The position numbers and the translations under genes are program-made. Below, piece by piece: positions 1 through 8,197 of a DNA stretch of 64,000 nt (its first letter is position 1; every line of letters begins with the position of its first letter). The stretch comes from an uncultured Solirubrobacterales bacterium (lineage in GTDB: Bacteria; Actinomycetota; Thermoleophilia; Solirubrobacterales; 70-9): contig CAVUPF010000006.1 of the NCBI GenBank assembly GCA_963743285.1, positions 6,076 through 70,075 on the forward strand, in the 5' to 3' direction. A model generated the notes under the pieces. That model was given only the letters and a program-made list of their open reading frames with translations, had not been told where the DNA came from and did no database searches.

Positions 1-17
1 GCGAGGATGCGTGTCCC

Positions 18-269
18 ATGACCACGTTCCAGCTAGACATCGATACAGAGCTCACTCGAAGGCAGCGTCGGCGACTTCAGCTGGCGGCATTCCGATGGCG
101 AATGCAAATGGATTCCAAGAAGATCGAAGCGCCGTGGAGGTACGACTGGGGTGTGCAATACGCCTGCGATGCTGCCAGTGAGGCAGAGGCCAGGGCACGC
201 GTCATAGAAGCACTAGGCGAAGACCTAGGCGACCGTCTCATCGTGACGCGCAGGCCATCGGACTCCTGA
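18..269 (+). CDS. small hypothetical protein (83 aa)
   Basis: ATG-started ORF with an Arg-rich N-terminus and acidic C-terminus. GC is lower than the neighbours. No family recognised. Confidence 0.4.
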   Translation: MTTFQLDIDTELTRRQRRRLQLAAFRWRMQMDSKKIEAPWRYDWGVQYACDAASEAEARARVIEALGEDLGDRLIVTRRPSDS

Positions 270-470
270 AAGACCGTCGTTGCACCGCTGGCGATCCAGC
301 CTTCCCGGCTGTCGAGTTCGAAACTTCAAGACCAAAGCGGCTCCGTGCTCACCGCACTTTGTACTTTCCGCCCGCTCATAAGCGCCAGGGGAACGCGACA
401 CCCTTCGCCTATCGTCGAAACTTCGTTCGCCGCGCGCCGGGGGAGGGGAGGGCCGCCGCCGGCTCGCTCA

Positions 471-1097
471 TCAGAGGCGGTCTTCGTAGCGCCAGTGCCT
501 GCCGCCGTCGCTCGAGACGTACACCCAGGTGACGGCCGTCGAGCTGCGGTCGCTGACGGCCTCGATGAAAGCGACCAGACGCCCGCCGTTGTCGACTACC
601 GCCAGCGACCCTCCTCCGAAGGAGGACCGCCACCAATGCTTGCCGCCGTCGTTGGTCGTGTCGACTACTTCACCGCATCCGTCGGCGAAGTAAATGCGCT
701 GGTTCACGGCGCCGACTTCACATACGGCAAGCGGCCCCTGGGCCGCGTCGAGATGCAGGGCGGGACCGCTCACCCGCCATGTCTTGCCGGCGTCGTCGGT
801 CGCAGCCGGATACTGGGCTTGGCCGATGCTCGCAAGCGCGAACCCATGGAGGGGATCGACGAACACGCGATGACCTAGCTCGCGGGCGCCGACGGCACTG
901 TCCGGCCTCAGGGTTCCGGGAACGCGGGCGATCGGCCGAGCGGTGATTGTGCGAGCAGGCGACGGGAATTCGGAAGTCATGGCCGCTCTCGCCGATCGCC
1001 CCGAGGCCGTTGTAGCCCCAGCAGCCCCGAGCACGATCGTCGCCAAGACGACTGTTGCCAGCCTCGCGAGCCGATTAGATGCCACGAGCACCTGCAT
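471..1097 (-). CDS. secreted BNR/Asp-box repeat protein (sialidase-like fold)
   Basis: Three SxDxGxxW-type Asp-boxes (TDDAGKTW, TNDGGKHW, SSDGGRHW). Internal ATG at 1097 gives a signal-peptide-like N-terminus (MQVLVASNRLARLATVVLATIVLGAAGA). The longer ORF to 1283 is probably an over-extension. Confidence 0.7.
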   Translation of the reverse strand: MQVLVASNRLARLATVVLATIVLGAAGATTASGRSARAAMTSEFPSPARTITARPIARVPGTLRPDSAVGARELGHRVFVDPLHGFALASIGQAQYPAATDDAGKTWRVSGPALHLDAAQGPLAVCEVGAVNQRIYFADGCGEVVDTTNDGGKHWWRSSFGGGSLAVVDNGGRLVAFIEAVSDRSSTAVTWVYVSSDGGRHWRYEDRL

Positions 1098-1496
1098 TTC
1101 ACGAACCCCTCTTTGAACTAGCGGTAAGTGAGCCCAAGATACTTGTTCGGGAGGAGCATGCCGAAGATCGTATTCTCGAAGACCTCGAGAGGGTCGTGAG
1201 GCTCGGCTCAACTGATCACCAGCAGGTGCGGGCACTCGACGCAATGTGGCGGTGAGAGGAAGGCCCCAGGCTCGCTCACCCAAAACGTCTTGGACGCGCT
1301 ACAGTCTGGGGACGTCATAGAGAACGTGGCGTACCGGGAATCATCCTGAAAAGTCACTGACATGAGTCAAATCGCAAGGCGAGCCCTCGCCGCGATTCGC
1401 GACGGCAAGCTTGCCAACCAGACCAAGCCCGCTTGCGGGTTGGACCGCCCCAGCGCAAAGCCCCTGCAATTCTGGGAGACGAGGGCGGGGGACTAG

Positions 1497-2279
1497 ATGC
1501 GCCGGCGAACCTGGCTGGTGCCGGCCCTCGCCGCCCTGGCGATCGCGGCGCTGATCGCCGGCCCGGCCTTCGCCGAACGCTCCGAGAGCGGCGGCCTGAT
1601 CGTCTTCCTAAACGGCGGCATCGCCCCCCGCCGGCTGCCCCGCCGCCACTCGGCCCCGGTGGCGGTCCGCCTGCAGGCGGGGATCCGCACCGCGGAGCGC
1701 ATCCCACTGCCGCGGGTCAGGGCGATCAGGCTGGAACTGGCCTGGAGGGGGGCGCTTGACACGCGTGGGCTGGCGGTCTGCCGCCAGGCAAAGCTGCGCA
1801 GTTTCGACAGCAGCCAGGCGATCGCGGCTTGCGGGCAGGCGCTGGTCGGACGGGGGCGCCTCTATGACCGGGTCTTCATCCCAGGGGAGGTTCCATTTGG
1901 CCTTCATGCTCGCCTGCTCGTCTTCAATGGCCGAACCAAGCAAGGACACACGGCGGTCTGGGTGCAGGCCTACAGCACGAGTCCGCCGGTCTCCTTCGTC
2001 TTGCCCTTCCACGTCCGCCACCAGCCCGGCCCCTTCCGCACCGTCTTGGTCAGCGTCGTGCCGCGCTCGGTCGGGCCCTGGCCCCACTTCGCCCACTTTC
2101 AGATCGTGGTCGGGCGCCGCTTTAGCTATCGCGGCCACGTCCACAGCTACATGAGCGCCTCCTGCCCGGTGCCGCCCCGCTTCAACGAGGGCTTCCTCTC
2201 CTTCGCCCGCGCCACCTTCAACCTCGCCGAAGGCAGCCCGGTTGCGGCAGAAGCCGTGCGCAGCTGCCGGGCGCGCTGA
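1497..2279 (+). CDS. secreted hypothetical protein (260 aa)
   Basis: Clear signal peptide (MRRRTWLVPALAALAIAALIAGPAFA), high GC3 and several Cys residues. No family recognised. Confidence 0.65.
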   Translation: MRRRTWLVPALAALAIAALIAGPAFAERSESGGLIVFLNGGIAPRRLPRRHSAPVAVRLQAGIRTAERIPLPRVRAIRLELAWRGALDTRGLAVCRQAKLRSFDSSQAIAACGQALVGRGRLYDRVFIPGEVPFGLHARLLVFNGRTKQGHTAVWVQAYSTSPPVSFVLPFHVRHQPGPFRTVLVSVVPRSVGPWPHFAHFQIVVGRRFSYRGHVHSYMSASCPVPPRFNEGFLSFARATFNLAEGSPVAAEAVRSCRAR

Positions 2280-2552
2280 GCCATGGACAGCGCGCTACCT
2301 CAAGACAATGACCGGCGCCGGCCCTCCCTGGGCCATCTCCGCAGCAGCTCGTCGCCAGCGCGATCAGCCTGGGAGCGGCGCTACTTGAGAGCGGAGCAGA
2401 AGCTGGCAGCGAGCCGGCCGGCTAGCGGCCGGCTCATCGAGGCAATCCGATATCGTCGGTACGTCATGTTCTTAGATCTGCAAAGTTAAATAAGCTTAAG
2501 AAACAGCATTTCATTAACAAATTGGTCTGGCTATGTACTAATCTAGTCGGGT

Positions 2553-2586
2553 CTGCGGGCAAGGCATCCGGATGCCGTAACCGCAG
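2553..2586. other. 34-nt interrupted palindrome / hairpin
   Basis: CTGCGG-GCAA-GGCATCCGGATGCC-GTAA-CCGCAG. The outer 6-bp and inner 14-bp arms are perfectly self-complementary. It lies just after an ~80-bp AT-rich patch. Confidence 0.4.
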
Positions 2587-2652
2587 CTTCCGGTCTTCTC
2601 TCGGCCGGGCCATGGTCGTCCCGCTCTGTCCCGGTGCGGCGCGGCCTTTATT

Positions 2653-2703
2653 ACGCAAACGCTCAAGGCCCGGGGGACTTCCCATCCCCCGGGCCGTTTG
2701 CGT
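2653..2703. other. long interrupted hairpin (terminator-like, no U-tract)
   Basis: ACGCAAACG-ctcaag-GCCCGGGGGA-cttccca-TCCCCCGGGC-CGTTTGCGT, giving 19 paired positions. Confidence 0.4.
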
Positions 2704-3053
2704 GGGCTACGCGCCCCACAGAACTCCGCGATCGCCTCTTCGGGTAGGCGTCGCGAGATAGTCGGGTCCCAGCGCGTCGCTGAATTCCAGCTCTGAGCTG
2801 ACGACCCGCTACCAGGCCAGGTGGGTCGAGAGAGCCGCCGCTTGCCACCGCTGCGATCGGCACTCGGGGGCGTCGAGAAAGACAGCTGAAGTGCCCGAAG
2901 GGGGGGCGAATCCCCCGCCTCCGGCGCTCATCCCTGCGTGCAGACCAGCTCTCTCCCTCGCGCGACTCACCGGGCGCCCGATCCTCGCACTTCGCGTGCA
3001 CTCCGGGGGTCCCCGCCCCCGCGCTGGGTGGGGCCGGCGAGGAGGGAGGAACG

Positions 3054-3560
3054 ATGAGCGAGCTGGCCGCCCAACTCGACGAGACCGAGCCCGACCTGAG
3101 CCGCTCCCTTCAAGCCATCATCGAGGAGAAGACCGCGGCGATCGCCGAGCGCGCTAGGCGCGGTCACGAGCAGCTCGACGCCGAGGACTCACTGACCTAC
3201 CACGTCCGGCTTGTCCTCGACAACGACGAGGCCCTCTACCGGCATCGCTGCGAGATCGTGCAAGAGCATCTCGCGGCGCAGGACGATTGCCCGATCTTTC
3301 GGGGCAGCGGCGAGGGCCCGATCGCCCCCGAGAAGGACCGCGATCACTGCAACGGCACCGGCTTCCTCAAGCGCCTCCCGCACCAGCTCGGCGATCGACT
3401 CAAGGACTTCTGCGAAGAGCTGGCCGGCCTGGAATGGGAAGGCGATGCCGGGTCTGGCCTGGCCCGCGAGGTCCTATCCACCGCCCTCGCCTGGGTCGAG
3501 TGGGCCGGGCTGGCCGAGGCCTACATCGAGGAGGAGCGGGAGGCCGAGCGCGATGGCTGA
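3054..3560 (+). CDS. acidic hypothetical protein (168 aa)
   Basis: GGAGGGAGG Shine-Dalgarno sequence upstream of the ATG and high GC3. Contains CPIFRGSG and HCNGTG, which look like degenerate CxxCxGxG half-motifs. Confidence 0.6.
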   Translation: MSELAAQLDETEPDLSRSLQAIIEEKTAAIAERARRGHEQLDAEDSLTYHVRLVLDNDEALYRHRCEIVQEHLAAQDDCPIFRGSGEGPIAPEKDRDHCNGTGFLKRLPHQLGDRLKDFCEELAGLEWEGDAGSGLAREVLSTALAWVEWAGLAEAYIEEEREAERDG

Positions 3561-3795
3561 GCGCTGGCTCACCGAGGAGCAATTGGTGGGCGAGGGCTTC
3601 CTCGACGCCGCCAGGCGCCGCGAGGCCTTCCTCGCCCGCCTCGCCAGAATGAGCCGCGAGGAGCGTCTGCGTGCTTCGCGCTACGGGTTCGACCGTTGGG
3701 AGCTGGCAGTCTGGGTCGGTCATTGCCCCGAGGAGGCACCGCTCGTCAACGGCGAGCTCGCCTGGATCGCGCTCCGCCTAGCCGATCTGGATTGA
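3553..3795 (+). CDS. hypothetical protein (80 aa), translationally coupled to the upstream gene
   Basis: The ATG overlaps the upstream stop (ATGGCTGA). Product begins MAERWLTEEQL. High GC3. Confidence 0.55.
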   Translation: MAERWLTEEQLVGEGFLDAARRREAFLARLARMSREERLRASRYGFDRWELAVWVGHCPEEAPLVNGELAWIALRLADLD

Positions 3796-3828
3796 CCGAT
3801 ACGCCACGCCCGATGAAAACTCGCGCCA

Positions 3829-4098
3829 ATGCCTCGTATAAGCAGCTTTTACGGGATTGCGATCACGATGTACCACAATGAGGGCCATCACCGTGGCCGG
3901 CCACACTTCCACGCGACCGATAGCGGCGATGAAGCCTCATTTGACATTGAAAATCTCGAGCTGATCGTTGGAGGCCTGCCTACCACTGCTCTCAGGCTCG
4001 TCCTGGAGTGGGCGGAGCTCCACCGCGCCGAGCTCAATGCAAACTGGACGCGTGCCCGTGAGCATCAGCCCCTGCGGAGGATCGAGCCTCTACCATGA
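3829..4098 (+). CDS. DUF4160 family protein (putative TA component)
   Basis: ISSFYGIAITMYHNEGHHRGRPHFHA and LP..ALRLVLEWAELHRAEL match the DUF4160 signature as I recall it. Confidence 0.85.
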   Translation: MPRISSFYGIAITMYHNEGHHRGRPHFHATDSGDEASFDIENLELIVGGLPTTALRLVLEWAELHRAELNANWTRAREHQPLRRIEPLP

Positions 4099-4370
4099 CA
4101 TTGATGCGCGGCACCCCAATCTTGTCAGAGGCAACGCCGATCGAGGGCTACACCGTCCACGTCCGCTTCGAGGATGGCGTAACCGCCGACGTCGACCTTT
4201 CCTACCTGCTCGACTACGGCGGCGTCTTTGAGCCGTTGCGAGATCGCGATTTCTTCTCCCGCCTGCGGGTCGATGATGAGGGTGCGACGATCATCTGGCC
4301 CAACGAAGCCGACATCGCGCCGGAGACGCTCTACGCACACGCCCAGCGGGCCGCTGGCGTGGCGGCGTAA
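4095..4370 (+). CDS. DUF2442 family protein (partner of DUF4160)
   Basis: 4-nt overlap with the DUF4160 gene. Product contains YTVHVRFEDGVTADVDLSYLL and IIWPNEADIAPETLY. Confidence 0.85.
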   Translation: MTLMRGTPILSEATPIEGYTVHVRFEDGVTADVDLSYLLDYGGVFEPLRDRDFFSRLRVDDEGATIIWPNEADIAPETLYAHAQRAAGVAA

Positions 4371-4392
4371 AACGTCGTGGTGTCCCAGCTTC

Positions 4393-4707
4393 ATGAGCGA
4401 GATAATCCACGTCACCGACATCGAGCCCTTGGAGGGGCTGTGGATTCGCGCCAGCTTCTCTGATGGGGCCGTGAAGGAGATCGACCTGAGCGAGCTGATC
4501 GGCGGCCGCAGCGGTGGTGTGTTCGCCCCGATCCGCGAGCGCCGCGAGGTCTTCGAGCAGGTCCGCGTCAACCCCGAGACCCGCACAGTCGAGTGGCCCG
4601 GCGAAGTCGACCTCGACCCCGAGGTCCTGTACGGACGTTTTGAGCCCGCCTCGGGCGCACGCGTCGAGCGCCGCACGATCCGCGAGCCTGCGCACACAGC
4701 CGGTTAG
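4393..4707 (+). CDS. second DUF2442 family protein
   Basis: Starts at MSEIIHVTDIEPLEGLWIRASFSDGAVKEIDLSELI and contains VEWPGEVDLDPEVLY. Paralogous to 4095-4370. Confidence 0.8.
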   Translation: MSEIIHVTDIEPLEGLWIRASFSDGAVKEIDLSELIGGRSGGVFAPIRERREVFEQVRVNPETRTVEWPGEVDLDPEVLYGRFEPASGARVERRTIREPAHTAG

Positions 4708-4740
4708 CCCGCTCCTCCGGGGCCAGCTCCCCTGCTCCAC

Positions 4741-4806
4741 GCCGACTTCAACGCGGGCACCATCGTCTGGCCGAGTGACGCCGAGATCGCACCCGAAACC
4801 TATATC
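4741..4806 (+). pseudogene. DUF2442 C-terminal fragment
   Basis: Translates to ADFNAGTIVWPSDAEIAPETYI, which matches the C-terminal motif of the two upstream DUF2442 genes. It has no start codon or N-terminal part. Confidence 0.5.
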
Positions 4807-4891
4807 TGTCCGTCGCCCGCCCGGTGTCGCGCCACAACTGCCGCATAGCAGTCTGCGAGCTTCTCGCCACCAGCCGCGCTACGGTGAGCCG

Positions 4892-5281
4892 GTGCCACGC
4901 GAGCCGCTTCCCCTCCGCTTCCTGATCGACGGCCGCCTCGTCGACGGCGAGACTCTGCACTGTGACGCCGGCGCCGCGGTGCTGGTCCTGACCAGCTGCT
5001 CGGCCGAGCTGGGCTTGGAGTTGCGCAGCGCCTATCTCGCCGGCGAGGGGCGAGATGAGGTGCTCGTCGCCGAGAGCGCGATCGTCGGCACCGGCGAAGC
5101 GGAGCTCGACTCGCGCATCCTCGCCCAACCCGCCGAAGCTCTCGTCTACGTTCGCCGCCATCTCCTCTACGACCATCTCCAGCGCCTCCAAGACCTGGCG
5201 CAGGCGGGCGGCTGGGAGCTGGCCATCGAGGGCATCGACGAAGCGGCTTCCCAGCTCGATCCACTCGCGCCGCGCGCCTAA
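4892..5281 (+). CDS. hypothetical protein (~129 aa, start uncertain)
   Basis: Very high GC3 in this frame. GTG at 4892 is the first plausible start. No family recognised. Confidence 0.5.
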   Translation: MPREPLPLRFLIDGRLVDGETLHCDAGAAVLVLTSCSAELGLELRSAYLAGEGRDEVLVAESAIVGTGEAELDSRILAQPAEALVYVRRHLLYDHLQRLQDLAQAGGWELAIEGIDEAASQLDPLAPRA

Positions 5282-5309
5282 GCGCCGCCTTGCGGTCGCG
5301 GCGGCGCGC

Positions 5310-5560
5310 GGAGCCATTGCGTTGGGCGACCTGATCGATCTCCATGCCGATTGCGCGTGCCGAGCAAGGCGAGCGGGTGAAGTTGCGGCTGGGCAAGCAG
5401 GCTGTCGCGCAGCTGATCGCGCTTCCGCCTCTCGGTCCATTCGGCGCAAGCCCGGCGCCTTTGAGTGCCCGCCAAAACGTTCGCGCCCCTGCGCCTCAGA
5501 GTTCATCAGTAACCGCCTGGACCGCCGAGGTCGCCCCGGGGATTGCCGCCCCGTCCCTAA
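5310..5560 (+). pseudogene. decayed Phd/YefM-type antitoxin gene
   Basis: Pieces in alternating frames (AIALGDLIDL / ARAEQGERVKLRLGKQAVAQLIALP / RRKPGAF / AWTAEVA) align in order with the intact antitoxin at 54925-55167 (ALAEQGERVELRRGKQPVAQLVALP..RRKPGAL..TWPEDVA). At least 3 frameshifts. Confidence 0.55.
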
Positions 5561-5576
5561 CTCTTCCTCCGCGTGG

Positions 5577-5963
5577 CTACCAGACGATCCGCGCTGGGTC
5601 GAAGTCGGTGATGTCCGTGTCTCGGCTGACCAGCCGTGTCCCACACTCGAGGGCCGTCGCGTAGATGATCCTGTCGGCGGGGTCGCCGGGAAAGGCGAGG
5701 TCGAGCGAGCCTGCCCGCAGGGCGATCGCGACGGTGGGGGGGAGGGCGCTTACATCATGGGTGCTCAGGGCGTCACCGACCCAGGCGCCGACCGGACGAT
5801 CCAGCTCCAGGCAGCCGCGCAGGGTGAGGTAGGCGATCTCCTGCACGCTGATCGCACTGATTGCCAGTTCGGTGTCTTCGGCGATCGCCTTGCGAGCAGG
5901 CCCGCTGAGTCGCTCGGACCCGTCGGCCAGCCAGACGAAGGAGTGGGTGTCCAGCAGGATCAA
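5577..5963 (-). CDS. vapC: PIN-domain toxin (VapC family)
   Basis: MILLDTHSFVWL and DPADRIIYATALECGTRLVSRD are typical PIN acidic-residue contexts. 4-nt overlap with the upstream antitoxin gene. Confidence 0.9.
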   Translation of the reverse strand: MILLDTHSFVWLADGSERLSGPARKAIAEDTELAISAISVQEIAYLTLRGCLELDRPVGAWVGDALSTHDVSALPPTVAIALRAGSLDLAFPGDPADRIIYATALECGTRLVSRDTDITDFDPARIVW

Positions 5964-6208
5964 TCCCGCTCGACGTCCCAGGGGCCCATCGAGAAGTTGA
6001 CGAGCTCCTCGTCGGAGATATTGAACCTGACGCTGCCGCGCAGGGCCTGCCGCGGGCGGGTTGGCTCGACCCGGACGACCGGACGACCGCGCTTGGTGAC
6101 GACAAGCGTCTCGCCGGTCTCCGCGACCTCGTCGAGTAGCCGCAGGCAGCGAGCCTTGAACTGGGTCGCGGTGATCTCCTTGGCTCCAGACATAACCACG
6201 GTCATCAT
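5960..6208 (-). CDS. vapB: Phd/YefM-type antitoxin
   Basis: ITATQFKARCLRLLDEVAETGETLVVTKRGRPVVRV. Start chosen at the tandem ATGs at 6208/6205, which are 6 nt after a TATGAC -10-like hexamer. Confidence 0.85.
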   Translation of the reverse strand: MMTVVMSGAKEITATQFKARCLRLLDEVAETGETLVVTKRGRPVVRVEPTRPRQALRGSVRFNISDEELVNFSMGPWDVERD

Positions 6209-6426
6209 ACTAGGGTCATATTGTCGAGCCAACCCCCTTTGTCTCACCGACCCAACACCTCTTCCCTAACCACTCCCGCCCCCGATGACAAACCCAGAGC
6301 ACCGGCGTCAGTCCTGCGCTGGCGAGGGTTGGCATGGGTTCGCCTACGGGAGCAGGCTTGGGCGGTGAGGGCACCAGATGGGCCCCCGATCTCCCTACGC
6401 CCCGACCCAGGGAGCGGGCTGGGGCA

Positions 6427-7587
6427 CTACGCCGCGGGCAAATAGCGGCGTGCGGTGACGTACTCATCGCCGAACGCCGCCAGCGGGACGATGTCCACAG
6501 ATCCGGCCGAGTCCGGGGACTGGATGACGCGCCCGCCGCCGACGTACATGCCGACGTGTGTGACCGCCCGCGAGGGCGGTTCGGTGGCAAAGAAGACCAA
6601 ATCGCCGGGCCGCAGCGCCTGCTGGGCAACCGGCCGGCCCACCTGGGCTTGCAGGGCGGCGGTGCGCGGCAGCAAGACGTCGAAGGCGTCGTAGACGGTG
6701 TAGGTCAGGCCCGAGCAGTCAAAGCCGAAGGCCGAGGTGCCGGCCCACAGGTAGCGGACTCCCAGGAACTGCTCGGCGGCGCGAACGAGTTCGCGGCCGC
6801 TGGGGGGCGGCGCTGTGGCTTGCGTCCGCACGGCGACGGCCGAGCTTGGAATCAGCGCCGAGGCCCCGGTGGGCGTCTGCACGACGATGAAGCGCCCCCG
6901 CTGACCTAGCACCGGCAGCCTGGTGTTAAAGCTCAAGCGCAGGAGGCGAGGGCCGGGGCTGCCCGTGGTTGTGCGCCCGAAGAGCCAGGCCGCCGGCTTG
7001 GTGACGATCGCCAGCGGCGTCGGGGTCGAGCCGGAGGAGGCCTCGGTCGAGCTGGATGGTCCTGAGGCCGCGAGCGGAGCCGTTGTCGCAGGAGCGCTCG
7101 GCGCCATCACGAGCTGGCGCGCGGGCAGCCAGCCCGGATAGCTCAGGTGGTCAGGCGTTGGCTGGTCGGTGAGGGAGACCTCATCCCAGGATCCGCGCTG
7201 CGCCCGGACCACGACTTCCTGTCCGTAGAGGGCTTGGGTGACCAGGCGCCCCACCAGCCAGAGCCGCTGCGGGGTGCCCATCGCTCCCAGCCAGGCGCCC
7301 AGTCGCACCGGGTTGGCGAGCGAGGGCTGATCGAGCGGCCGCGTGCGGGCCGGCTGCATCCAAAGGGTCGCCACCGAGACGTCGACGAGCACCCGCTGTT
7401 TGCCCTTCGCCGGTGCTCCGGTGGCGGCGCTCGATGCGCGCGAGGTGCCCGATCCGCGCGAGGTCCCCAGCGCGCTCGGGGTGCCGGCTCCCAGCGGCCC
7501 GATGCTCGCCAGCAGGACGAGGGCGGTGAGGATCCCCGCCGCCCGCCTGGACAGCAGATGCATGACGCGAGGCCGTTTGGTAGGCAT
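6427..7587 (-). CDS. secreted NlpC/P60 (C40) peptidoglycan endopeptidase with SH3-like N-terminal region
   Basis: Signal peptide present. C-terminal [27 protein letters not shown] carries the Cys-His catalytic signature. Confidence 0.9.
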   Translation of the reverse strand: MPTKRPRVMHLLSRRAAGILTALVLLASIGPLGAGTPSALGTSRGSGTSRASSAATGAPAKGKQRVLVDVSVATLWMQPARTRPLDQPSLANPVRLGAWLGAMGTPQRLWLVGRLVTQALYGQEVVVRAQRGSWDEVSLTDQPTPDHLSYPGWLPARQLVMAPSAPATTAPLAASGPSSSTEASSGSTPTPLAIVTKPAAWLFGRTTTGSPGPRLLRLSFNTRLPVLGQRGRFIVVQTPTGASALIPSSAVAVRTQATAPPPSGRELVRAAEQFLGVRYLWAGTSAFGFDCSGLTYTVYDAFDVLLPRTAALQAQVGRPVAQQALRPGDLVFFATEPPSRAVTHVGMYVGGGRVIQSPDSAGSVDIVPLAAFGDEYVTARRYLPAA

Positions 7588-8197
7588 GCTCGAGACGGGT
7601 GATCATCCCACAGGCTGCTCGTGATCGCCCCGAGTCCCGCTTGCGTTTCCCCGCGACCGCCAGTCCGGCGGGCCGTAAAGGTGAGCCTCGGGTGGGCGTG
7701 GTCCCTCGAACCACACTTTCGAGAGCCTCACCGAGCCCCGAACATCGCCTCCGGGCGTACGGCGAGAGCGAGGTCTCCCTCGATGCTGCAGCGACCGGCG
7801 ACCATCGCGGTGAGGGGATCCTGCACCCCCGCGACCACGCCGCGCCAACAGCGCGGTCGAATCGACCGGTCGCTGAACACGACGATCGCCACTCTGCCGC
7901 TGCGCGACATCGTCTCGCACCTCCGCTAGAAGGAGCCGAATTGGTCGTCGGGCCTCGCTGGGCGGAGGAGGGGCGGCTAGTGGACCATCTGGTTGGACCC
8001 TCTCGTCCGATTCAGGAGCGTGAGCGGCAGCCGTCGACGCACTCGAAGCCAGGCGTGAAAGCAGCGCCGCCGGTTGCTATTTGCGACTGCAACGCGGATA
8101 TTTTTGGTTCCGATCGGCTTAACTTGACGGTACTCGACCCATCGAGAGCGCAGCATCGGTGGTGTCACAAACCGGCATGCTGTTGCGTCTAGTGAAT

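Noticed and set aside
2283-2489. A 68-aa ORF directly after the secreted-protein gene.
   Set aside because: The translation is Arg/Ser-rich and low-complexity. It ends in the AT-rich patch and has no Shine-Dalgarno sequence, so it is not convincing as a gene.
7599-8192. A 197-aa ORF filling the gap between the NlpC/P60 gene and the oxidoreductase gene.
   Set aside because: The composition is not protein-like (Arg/Pro/Ala runs) and there is no Shine-Dalgarno sequence or motif. The interval is better explained as a structured 5' leader on the opposite strand.
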